Shown here: positions 1-11,284 of the stretch, piece after piece | How the letters are laid out: every line of letters starts with the position of its first letter | How positions within the stretch are numbered: the stretch's first letter is position 1 | Assembly (NCBI RefSeq): GCF_026210795.1 | Contig: NC_089433.1 | Coordinates: forward strand, 186,001 to 250,000 | Direction of reading: 5' to 3' | DNA from: Rhizophagus irregularis | Taxonomy: Eukaryota | Length of the DNA stretch: 64,000 bases | Made by a program: the position numbers and the translations under genes | The notes under the pieces: generated by a model | Database searches by the model: none | Told to the model about the DNA's origin: nothing | Seen by the model: only the letters and a program-made list of their open reading frames with translations

Positions 1-3000
1 TTTGCGAAAGAATGAGCAGTTATTGATATTTGAAATTTAGAATGAAATTACCAAGAGGAATAGGACACAAATGATTTATGTCATTTACATTGAAAACTTT
101 AATTCTGTTCAGTTGATGTTTTCTGATGAGTTTATTCAATTGCTAGGTAAAGAAGAAAATTTGCTTAGATATAATTTGATTTTTCATGAATATTGATTAA
201 AATGATCCATTATATAATATGACTAGGAATATTTTTATTACATTGTAGAATTCTTTATTCTTTTGTATAAATAAAAAATTGTGTGCAATTCAATTTTTGA
301 TACCACAATTACATCCATAATTGCCCATTCGGGTGAAACTATAATGTTATTTTTGTAAAATAAGTGTCATATTAAGAACGCGAACCTTGCGAATCTCCGC
401 GTGAAAAATTTCTATACCTCTTTGAGACGAGATAAAATCATCATAATTCATTTCACTTCGTCACGAAATAATTACATTAAATAGTATGGAATAGTGATCA
501 TATGGGTCAGAGTTTAGTTTTACTATATAATCAATGAAAAATTAGGAATTTACTTAAATAATAATAAATGTATAAGTCTGCTAATGGGTTGTTTATTAAT
601 TCATTTAAATAATATTATTAAAATGAAAATCAGGAAATTAATCCTATAATTCGTACATAATGCATTTGTACTAATTCTTCTAAAACTACGAAATATAATT
701 ATCAACTTCCTTTCTTGATCCTAAAGCGATTTCTTTAAGAATTATATTACAGTCGGGTGAAAGAGACGGTTGGAATATATTCTCACTTATTTGGAATTTT
801 GAAGGGTCTGTTTGCAACAGTGATTTGGATAGTATATTTGGATAGTTATAAATATTGATGCTTTGATAATCTTGTTATAGTATATTCCTTGTTTAATCCT
901 AATATCATCAATATTGTCGAATTTCTTCGAAAGTAGTATTGAAACAAAGCCTTCTTAAGCTTACCGAAGTCAATCTTTTAAATCTTGAATCTTTTCAATT
1001 AAACTTGCCTGAGTTCTTGTTGGTTAATTTGGCTCGTTAATGATCATTCTCCAATTTTAACTTAACAATTTTTAAATTATCTGCTTATTACATTTAGGAA
1101 TAGACGCTTTTTTAAATCTTCAAATGACACGGTCTCATTTGGTTGCTGACTCATTATTTACTTGAAAGTCCGTCCCCATTACAAATCATTGCATGCGACC
1201 ACAATTCAAACAACCTTCTCCAAATGGCTTTCGAAACTCTAGTGTTTCATAGTCGCGCATATGTAAGCAAATCAAACATTGAATTTGACATCACTACAGT
1301 TTCAGAAACGGGCCTCGAAGAACTGAATGTCCTTTGAATTCTCATTAAAATCGCGTAGATCTTCGAAATGAGATTATTAAATTTTTAAAAAATTCATCTT
1401 CCACGAATTTAGGTGCGAAGGATGAAATTCCATCAATTGACTATCATATTTGAGCCGCTTTGTTATAACAAATAAACAATACAACTCAGCTTACTGCTTT
1501 AGCATACTTTTCAAGTTGTTATCCAGACATGCGCCTTTGTCAATATTAAATTTTACTCTGTTATTAAGAATCAAAGAACCACCCTGTAACACCTCAGCAT
1601 AAATCAAACTTTTTCTTGATTGAATTTGGTACATTATGCACAAGTGCAGTTGACGGCGTATTGTCAGAATTTTACTATGATCATGATATTGAAATAGAGT
1701 TAATAATAGTACTCCACGCACCCAGACATAGTCCCCAACACCAAATATTGTTATTATTTCATCAAGTTCAGACATTATATAAATAATTAACATAAAAATA
1801 AAAAGGTACTTTTTAGAAAAACGAGAAAAACTTTCGGGTGGCTTAACCACTTGAGAAATTGAAGATCTATATGAGTATTAAGCGGTTCTATATAAACATA
1901 TTACTATTTCGTGATCTGCGGTCGAATGTCAATGGTTACTTTGTCATTGTGGTGATATTTTGTTAGGCTATTGATTAAATTTTGAATCTTCTCTCATCCG
2001 AAAAGATATAAGTCAAGACTTTATTATTCTCATTCATCCTTAAAGGTCAACATTAACTTTCTTGCTATAACTATTATTATTTTTCTCGTTCCATTTTTTT
2101 CTAATTGAAGAAAAATAACTGCAAATTTCTTGTTTGTGAGGTAAATGTTGGAAAATAATTCCTAGACTTGTCATAACTATTATAAAAAAAAGCAATAATG
2201 ATTTATCATAACCATTATATGATTTAATGATTTTGTAGTTCAAAAATAAACTTGAGTTTTAACTCATAATTATTCTAATTATATAAAATAGATTGATAAT
2301 ACTAGATCCAATTTCTATATTATCATGGATATACCACGTAATAATTGCATAATGATTTCCTGCAACTTTCACCAAGCTTACGCTTATCATATAAAATATA
2401 GAACAAATCGTTTAATGGTTACCACTCATACGCTAATAAAAATTAGTAATGATAACTATGATAATGGTAAATAGGCAATATCGTGCCGCCAAGCTTCTGA
2501 TCTTCGATGTAAATATCGATAAGTTTTTTTCTTCATTGAAACCTTCCAAGACTCATACTTTTATAACTTTATCTCATAAACTTGAAGTGCCCAATTTTGA
2601 GTTCACTTAACATCCGAAGATTGGGAACTTTCAAAACCTTTCTTATGAGTATTAAATTTTAGTTAATTTTAATCCCGACCCTGCTCATTCCCCTCGCTCA
2701 TTGGCTTCTTTAGTCGCTACTAATCCATCAGTTTCTTCCCCTTTTACCATTAAGCAATGGTCCATAGCATAACCGTTTGGATGATTCAATCTGGATCATC
2801 CGCTGAAGTTTCGTACTCGGTAATGTAATTTCAACAGCGTTACTGAAAGATATGCGTCATGATGTACGAGAATATAACCAATCGTCTCGTAATGTAAACA
2901 TTTTAAAGTATTTTTGGATTAGGCTTAGCTATAGCGGAAGGTAAAAAGAATTAGAGATGATATTCTAATGATATATGCCTTATATTAAACACCTCACCTG

Positions 3001-3111
3001 AGATTTTTAATCTCCATTTTCAGCCGAACGATGATAACATTTCGTCAATTACAAAGAACAAAATATTTTTCTAGTAACAAACATGATTTAAATTAGATGT
3101 TCTGCAAAAGC

Positions 3112-5370
3112 ATGTCAACCATGCGTATATCACGAGATCGTGAGTCAAAACTCCTGTTATAATTCTCGGTACACAAATTACACTGGTTTTTTTCCGTTAC
3201 CATCAGATATGATAATTCTATTTTTGGCCTAAAGAAAATCATCATCGATGTATCTAGCAACGTAAAAGCTAAAATCCTTAGATTATGGAGAGTTAACATT
3301 GATGAGAGACGGAGAGTAATTTTCCTGATAATTTATTGAATGATGAAAATGAAATAAAAAAAACGGTTGGCGAAACCTTTAATGACGTCCGAGGGGGAAA
3401 TATTCGAGTTGTGGTAAGAGCTCCTGATACTGATAAGTGAGTCGTTTAGTAAACGCGTAATAACCTGCTCCTAAAAAACACATTCACACTACTGTCATCT
3501 AATTTCTTGTGTCTTGCCAACCATTAGAGCTCTGGAACAAAAGAAAATTTTCGGAAGAGTGTAAGAATGTACAGAATTGTCCTTGCATCTTTCAGTTTTT
3601 CGTCAAATATTTTGTTTGATCAGTGAGAAAGACATGGATGGTCAACGGCGCATTACGAGAAAATGATTGGTCCTCTCACTATTTTGTGGATCCACTAAAT
3701 TGTATAATGAAATTGAGAGACGAGTGTTATATGGAACACAGGCATCGGAAATCAACGCGCGTGATTAGAACAATATCGGAATTGGAAAAAAATAATTATA
3801 TATGCAACTAGTAAGTTTTACTCCTGTTTGCTAGAATCGCTTTTATACACATTCTAACTTGCCGTCTTCTTTATCTTTTCATGGTTTCTGAATCAGCTTG
3901 TCTTTTAAGTATATTTGAATTCACTTGGAATAAATCTCAGTATTGGTAAACGTACAAATAAATATAAAAAGTAGTGATGATTTCCTAGTATAACAGGCTG
4001 GGAGGAAGCTGGAAATAAAGGAGATGAACGTATTATTCTTTTTTTTTTTGATGAGTTCGAAAGATTATTTGAAATGAATGAGGATATTCGCTCCAATTTC
4101 CTGTGTATTCTTCGCGCCACCAGAAACTCCATTGAAAACTTTGTCATCCAAACTATCGTCGTAATTGGTACATACAGTATCCTGTATACAAATTCGCAGA
4201 AAACTTCACCCTTCAATATTAAGGTCCTGGTCCGTAATCCAAATTTCACCCTGGGACAAGTGCGAGCGCTATTTAAAGATTTTGGAGAAGATAATAAGAT
4301 GGATTTCGAACAGCAAATCATCGAGGATATCTTTATACAAACAAATGGGTACGTGAAAATGTCCAGACCAAATATAAACTATCTTTTATCAACTAATAAA
4401 TCGTATTATAATAGGCATGCAGCCTTTGTCTGTCTTTGTGGACGAGCAATTGAAGACAATCTCATCAGAATACTCGATAATGAACGAATCTTAAGTTATG
4501 AAATTTGGGAACGATACAAAGTCAGATCATTAATGGATACTATTGTTATGTACCCAACATTCCGAAATATGGTTCAGTCTCTCCGGGGTTCAAAAGCTAA
4601 GATATGATTGATTTTTTCGGAAAATTTCCTAGCAGATTTTGGACATAAAGTAAAATCTACTGATGCAGAGTATCTTGCTGACGAAGGAGTTCTGGTTCGT
4701 GGTGAAGTTGTTGGATCATTCAAACTTTCTTCTCCTTTGGTGCGTTGGTTGATCCTTCAACATGTAATTCCTGCTGTATTTCCATCCTTCCCTCCCTTTC
4801 TTAGTTGGTACTAGAAACTTGGATACTTTATATGCCTTAAGGCTTGCTATTAAATATTTTTGATAAGGATGTTATTTTTCAGGCTCGTTATCATCCATTC
4901 AAGTTGTTAAACTACCAGTCAATCGTAAGTCAAATCAACCTGTTCCAAGAGAAAGCGTCTATGACGCCAAATTATACCTAATTTTGCAGAATTGACTTAG
5001 TCCATCAAATTTTCAAGTTACGGGCCAATGTCAGCATAAATATAGTAACGTCATAGATATGCCCTATGGCCAAAGAATCGTTCTCGAACTCTTAGCGACA
5101 GCAAGTAACGTCGATCTCAATGAATACTTTCAATGGGCTCTTCAATATGCGGATCTACTCTCCGCACATGAAACTTGGATCGTTCATATAACATGTGAAG
5201 ATAGATATATTAATCATCCTCATTGGCCATCTATTTCTCAATTAAAAAGGAATCTTAATGTTGCACATTTTTACCATGATACTTTATTTAGTAGAATTGA
5301 ATTAATTGCAGGCTGGTGGAATTTTAGTAAACACGAAATGTATACTTATAAAAATTCTATTAATATATAA
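3112..5370 (+). pseudogene. Crinkler (CRN)-type gene remnant: ubiquitin-like header, P-loop NTPase and C-terminal PD-(D/E)XK-like nuclease; frameshifted
   Basis: Manual translation gives FSVTIRYDNSIFGLKKII...KAKILRLWRVNI (LWKV-type motif ~3283-3294) and GNIRVVVRAP (~3400-3426). A frameshifted Walker A (YGTQAS/KSTRV ~3730-3760) and Walker B (LFFFDEFE ~4040-4060) follow. ORFs 4074-4607, 4608-4814 and 5059-5370 (RIVLELLATA...WIVHITCED) are separated by stops and frameshifts. Confidence 0.75.
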
Positions 5371-6839
5371 TGCTAAGTGTTTAATCTTGACAAAATCATT
5401 GAGAAAAGGAAATTTGTTTTTATACATTGTTATATGTTATTCATATCTTGCGTTACTAAAAATAATGTATCTCGTGATTTTTTCATTACTTAGTGAAATG
5501 TTACAAAAAAAATTACAATATACAAAATGAAAAAATCTTTATTTAGGTTTTGTTAGTTGGTATTGCCTAATTATAATCGATTCTTTATAGGCTTCCACTA
5601 TCTCTTTCTTGAAAGATCTCTTACCTCATCATTGTGTACCCATAACACTCCTTAACCAATTAATTTCATCACGGTATTCTTTAAGCTGATCCTTCAATCA
5701 GCCAACCTCTCAATCATCATTTAAAAGCTGTTTTTCTAACGAAGCTATTATTTCATCACGGCTTTTAACGATTTTTAAGTATACTGTATATGTAAATAAT
5801 AAGTGATTCAATTTGTAAATATAGAGGAAGTGGAGCAAAGTTCCTCTCATTAATTTATTTTTTATGTGAATTTCTCAGATTATAGAATTCTAGGATGCTT
5901 AGAAAATATCATTTTCCATTATTACTTAAAGCGAATTGATTAGCTCCTTCGATCTATTAAAACAGATATATGGTGATGCCTTATATCTCAAAAAGTACTT
6001 ATTATTTCTAGAACAAACAAGTAGCATCTTATTTATTTCAAATTTATAAAAAGAATCAAAATACAGTCAAGCTTATTATAGTGAACCCTCAGTTCTAACA
6101 TTTTTGTTGAATATTCACAAAATCGCAAGATTTCTTATAGTAAACTTTATATTAATACAAAAAAAAATGGGTCTTTTAACGAAAGTTCTTTGTTAATTTT
6201 TGATTTAAAGCATTAAGAACTCTCAATTCTGTGTAATTAGTTGTAATATTATAGCTTTTTATCATCATCATCAATGATAGTATTTTTGATCAGAATCACA
6301 TTCTTTGCGTCATTGAGGATAAATAACTATGAAGATAAACAACTACCTGGGAAATTCATCAAACTTCAATCTTATCCCACGATCATACAAATTTGTGTAT
6401 GGCTTAATTAAATAGAAATCTAAATCCATTTTCTTGAGTTTGAATATTTCTCATATGATCGTATCTGTATTTTAAATTTCTAATTATGATTTAAATTCTC
6501 TTTTGGTAATGATCATTTAATCGCTCCCTTTGAATGTTGAATTATTATTGATTGGTCAGCATTTATATTTCATAATTTTTAACTATAAAGACTGTCGCCA
6601 TCAAAAGATTATTTGTTGAAAATAGCATACTTTATTACAATTAGAGTGAACATCACGCAAAAATATAATTAAATGATTCCCATCTTTTTGCATTCCATAA
6701 AATAAATTATTAATTGATATATTAATACTATCTCTTTTTTAGTTTTCTTAAGCAACCTTTCTAACGCGAATTAATGCCTTAATTTCGAAAAATAAGTTAG
6801 TAGATTATAACCTTCCATAGCTTTAAAGATTACAGCGAA

Positions 6840-7073
6840 TTACTTACCTAATTTTTCTCTTAAGCTTTCAACAAAGTCTGCAAGATCGGAAGCAGGTCCA
6901 CCCTTCATACCGTAGCTTCTGAGTTTTTCTTCAGTCAGCTTAAGGAAGGAACGACCGGTAATTCTCTCTTTGCGAATAATATCAAAATCTTCCTCTATAA
7001 GTTGTTGTAAGTCGTCATGTACCCGCAAATACGAGATAAGTTCTTCTGTATCATAGTGGATTATTTCAGACAT
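6840..7073 (-). CDS. SAM-like domain exon of a multicopy Glomeromycotina family; downstream exons (~5570-6460) appear degraded
   Basis: YDTEELISYLR...DFDIIRKERITGRSFLKLTEEKLRSYGMKGGPASDLADFV matches the SAM-like header pattern and is homologous to 53770-53990. It ends at a GT donor (ttag|gtaagt). Downstream coding-like segments contain stops. Confidence 0.6.
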   Translation of the reverse strand: MSEIIHYDTEELISYLRVHDDLQQLIEEDFDIIRKERITGRSFLKLTEEKLRSYGMKGGPASDLADFVESLREKLGK

Positions 7074-8193
7074 GCTTTTATTGTGGAATTAAACCTTGGG
7101 CCATTCATTTTTGGGAATAGTTATTTTCGTTACATTACACGAAGTAAAAATCAACTAATTACGTGATCTAAAATATTTCCACATCCTTTTATTTGTCACA
7201 TGGTTAATATCCTTAATGCCGGCCAATTTTCGTTGATCACTAAAACTCTTACTTTTTCTCAAAAGTATTGTTATATCACATTTACCAAAAGTATTTTTGA
7301 CATTTTTCATGCATTATTTGAAAACAAATATCTACAATTAACTAGGTATTGGCTAGATCTAAGTTTGCTTTTGATAAAATAAATAAATCTCTTATAATAA
7401 ATTCCTTCAAATAGATTAATTGATTGATTAAGATCTTTTTTTACCTGTTTCGGTTGAAGTAATAAGGGTCCAAACTTTCCTTACAAAACAATACAAATAT
7501 AGGAGTGAGAGATTGCATTAGTGATTAATGAACCAGAAAGTAAATTTGCTGTTTATAATTGAAAGTGAATTTGTCAGTGATATTTTGAAATATTTAATTA
7601 GGAATTAAAAATAACAATTTCGAATTATGTAAATTGAAAGTACAGTAAGCGAAAGGACTATATTTTAAGTAATAGAATCATCTTTAAGAGAAATTGATTC
7701 CATTAAAGATTTGGATGTAATTTCATGTCTAGTTGTCATACGTCTACGAAGATTACGAACATAGGATTGTGGTTTTAATCATAGGACGGGATTGAGTCGA
7801 AGTAATAAGTTTATTATTTATAAAAAAAGACTGTTGTATGGCCAGTATTAGTATCTAATTAAGATCATATGATAAACTCCCTTTTGCTTTATACATACTA
7901 AAAATGCTTTTTTCCTGCCTGCTAAAATTTGATGCAAGGTTAGCTTTAAGAAAAGTGCAAATATAAACTTGTTTTTATAACGAGTTTATGGTTTTATGCG
8001 TGGTAATAATTTACTTGTAATTCTCGCCGAAAAAAAATCTTGGTCTAACTATAGTAGACAAAGATTTATACGACATAAACATGCGAAAACATTTGTCCCG
8101 TCACAATTCGAGAAAGTGGACGTTAATGGATTAACTTATACATGAATTTCTAGAAATTTGTCGTCAGATTTCATAAGACCATATTTATCAACT

Positions 8194-8359
8194 GGTATCC
8201 GATCAAAATCTTGAAAGTCACTTGCACGACTAACAAAATCCTGACAAGCCATTATATCGACAATTTTGTAAATCTAATGATGAGTGTTCTAATAAAATAA
8301 TTTGCTGCAATATGTAATATTTAGTTTATGATAAAATGTGGTAAATTTTATAATTTTGT
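8194..8359 (+). mobile_element. Partial copy (left half) of the MITE at 30041-30319
   Basis: Shares ggtatccgatcaaaatc, cattatatcgacaattttgt and gtgttctaataaaataatttg with 30041-30210. Confidence 0.75.
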
Positions 8360-8485
8360 TCAGAATAATCAACTTTGTAATACACTCTTAACTTATTAAC
8401 CCTTTATACACTACAGTATAAAAAGTATCATTCATAAATGATTTTAAGACTATTTATATTTTAATTTTTTTATACTTAGATATTT

Positions 8486-8661
8486 TTATTTATTTATTTA
8501 TTTTATGTGAAGTTGGCAAGGGCATCAAAGGAGTATAATCTACCCAAAGGGTAGGGAAACTCCACTATAGAACCTGTCATCCGTCAAGGCCTAAACCAGG
8601 CCGGAGTGCCGGACCCTTACTTCTAATTAAAGAGAACCCTTACGACCAATTGAGGATAGTA
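8486..8661 (-). mobile_element. Short retroposed insertion (5'-truncated LINE 3' end or SINE-like) with a (TAAA)n tail and 17-bp target-site duplication
   Basis: Perfect direct repeat tttatacttagatattt at 8469-8485 and 8662-8678. A (ttta)n run lies at 8486-8505, and the body is GC-richer with hairpins. Confidence 0.8.
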
Positions 8662-8879
8662 TTTATACTTAGATATTTATACAACTTTTATCTTCCTAAT
8701 ATTTAAAAACACTGCAATCACGTGGGCGTTACGTTTAGACTAACCACATAAATAACAATTTACAATTGTGTAACTGCAGTGTGTAATGCAAAGTATAAAT
8801 CTTGATTTTTTACATGATAGGCACGCGTCATACGCGATTACCGTAATTAAAAAAAAAGCAAAAAAGTAAGAAGCAAAAA

Positions 8880-9660
8880 AAAAAAGTTAGAACAAAGTTA
8901 AAGAAAGAAAAAAAGAGAACAAAGGAACGAAAAAAAGAACCCACCTATATGGAACCGAAATACCAAAGCGCCGAAATTGCCGAAGAACAGGACCTATCGA
9001 GGAAATGAAGTTAGCACAAAGTTAAAGAACAAAAAAAGAATGGAACCGAAATGTTAAAGCGCCGAAGTTGCCAAAGAGCCAGGACCTAAAAGGAAAGAAG
9101 AGTTAGAACGATAGAACAAAGAGCCGAAATGCCGAAGAGCTGGGATCTAAGAGGAAAGAAGAGTTAGAACAATATAACGAACGAAAAAAAAGACAAAAAG
9201 AGAAAAAAAAATGAAAAAAAGTACCTTGGAACCTTGAAACCGAAATATCAAGGCCGAAGAGCCGGGACCTATTGAGCAAAACATAAAAAACAAAAATAAA
9301 ATCCCTTGGTAAACTATATAATTTTGCTTTTCTTACTTTTTTTGAGATGTTAAATGAGTTATATTAATTGGAAATTTTTTACATTATAGTTCCCCGTTAT
9401 CCTTATGTACTTGCATTTGAACCATCTGTTATTGAAGTGCGTCATGTCTGGGAGGAAAGAATAGTCAGAACGAACAAAAAAAATGAAAAAAAGATGCACC
9501 TTAGAACCAAAGAGCCGAAAACTGAAGAGTCAAAATGCCGAAGTGCTTGGACCTAAGAGAAAAAAAAAGTTAAAACGAAGTTAAAGAACGAAAAAAGAGA
9601 ATAAAGGAGCGCAAAAACAAGAACCACCTGTATGTGAAACTGAAATGGCAAGGCGCAGGT
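8880..9660 (-). repeat. Degenerate tandem array of exon/intron-like units
   Basis: The minus strand repeats polypyrimidine-TAG|GTCC..GCTCTTCGGCA..TTTCGGTTCC..AG|GT, often with an upstream ctaac. Acceptor-like sites precede 9552, 9268, 9146, 9085 and 8993. Confidence 0.7.
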
Positions 9661-9848
9661 ATTATATATAAATAATTAAAATTTTACTTTATATATGTTT
9701 TTAAGTTTTAAATATTAACTGTTAACGTAGTTAACAGGTGAATCCTAGTTTTTTTTTAATAAAAGGAGACTTTTTTCCCTTAAAAATATTAAGAATCACG
9801 CGTCAATAAATAAATTTAACCAAAAAAATTTTCAGGTATTCAGCAATA

Positions 9849-10345
9849 ATGAACGAATTTTTCATGCGCAAGTCTTCAGAATGAAATATTTTGGACTTTT
9901 TTTTGAATGCAGTATAGAAGAATTTATGCAGAAGATAGAAGCTTACATTACGTCACTCAGGGCCATCGCTGATACTCAGGAAGGCAGAAGGAGCGAACGA
10001 GCAAAAGAGTTTCTCAATAATTATAAAAAGGCGAGTTTATTTTTTTTTTTGGCTAAAAACATAGATAAGAAATTTGGTGGCGTGGCAGAGGGACTTTGGG
10101 TCCTTGTGTCATTCAAGTCTTCGAGATGAGCTACGAAGCTAATGTTAGGGCGCAGAGAATCTTTGAGATTAGCTGACGTTCAAGACTTTGAGTTGACCTG
10201 GCATTGGCCCCACCGGGGCGCAGAAAATCTTTGAGATTGGCTGACGTTCAAAACTTTGAGTTGAACTAGTGGGATGCAAAGAACAGATGGGAAATTCAGA
10301 AGCATGTTAAGAATAATACTAATGATCCTTCTTTTTAGGACGACC
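9849..10345 (+). pseudogene. 5' fragment of a hypothetical gene (MNEFFMRKSSE*NILDF...AKEFLNNYKK) with a GC-AG intron at 10031-10338
   Basis: ATG at 9849, in-frame TGA at 9882 (probably ex-TGG) and a frameshift in a T-run. Donor AAG|GCGAGT, branch tactaat ~10317-10323, acceptor ttttag at 10338. Truncated downstream by a transposon end. Confidence 0.6.
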
Positions 10346-10349
10346 AGCT

Positions 10350-10489
10350 GGGGCCAGTGAAAGGCTTCAGTGAAATGTGTTTCGGCAAAATCGAAGTGTC
10401 CACCCAGGGAAATGGTATATCAGCGAAACGAAATTGCTTCGGTGAAATGGGTTTCGGTGAAAAGGACTTTGGCGAAAAGTCGGATACCC
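10350..10489. mobile_element. DNA-transposon terminus with subterminal TTCGG(C/T)GAAA repeats (Mutator-like)
   Basis: Repeated ttcggcaaaa/ttcggtgaaa/ttggcgaaaa units end in ggataccc. The same motif class occurs at 32544-33060. Confidence 0.55.
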
Positions 10490-11284
10490 TTTTCTCATAT
10501 TATCTTCGTTGAAAAAAACATAATATCATAAGTTTTTTCGCGTTTACTCCAATTAATTTATCAAAAGCCCTTATACTTTATAGTTATAATGAGTATATAT
10601 TCTGTTTCATCTTCTTTCGTTACTTCCTCTCTGTTTTCTTTTGATAGTTGCCTTACGAATTTGTGGCAATTTCCATTAGCCAGGAATTAATAATGGGTTT
10701 GATTCATATGACAAACAAGTTATGTTCAGAAACTATGGCTACTAGAAATGGTTTCAAATTGTAGGGTTGTAACGTCTTATTACTGTTCAATAGCTAAATC
10801 TATTTTTGCGATTATCTGAAAGAAATTATATTGTGCATAAATAAAATTCCCTCGTGCAGACGGCCATTCTTAAAATATCATTTTATTTTCTATAGTCCGA
10901 AGATGTACGAAACACGGTCATGTAATTAATTAATTATGAGCGAAATTTTCTATTACCATCACCAAAATCAATCCTTATTTTAAATCCATTGCTCTTATTC
11001 ACGTACGCCTAATCCAATATTTGTTTAAGATAATCAAACAATAAGCTTTATTTAATTTAAGAAAAAATAATTAAACTTTATGATACAGTCAGTATATTGC
11101 ACATTGTACCATATAATAATAAATTATGCTAATAAAAACTCAACACAATCTGGAAAGATCAAATAAATTTTATCACTATTAATATGTTGAGATCATGTGA
11201 AATATTTTGTGTGATGAGGCTAACGTAGAAAGTAAAGGAAAAGTAAAAAAAAAGGTGAATAATAATAATGTTGATAATAATTAC

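Noticed and set aside
900..1850. Coding-like minus-strand stretch including ORF 1491-1850
   Set aside because: Probably a decayed gene, but it has many stops and no family could be assigned with confidence.
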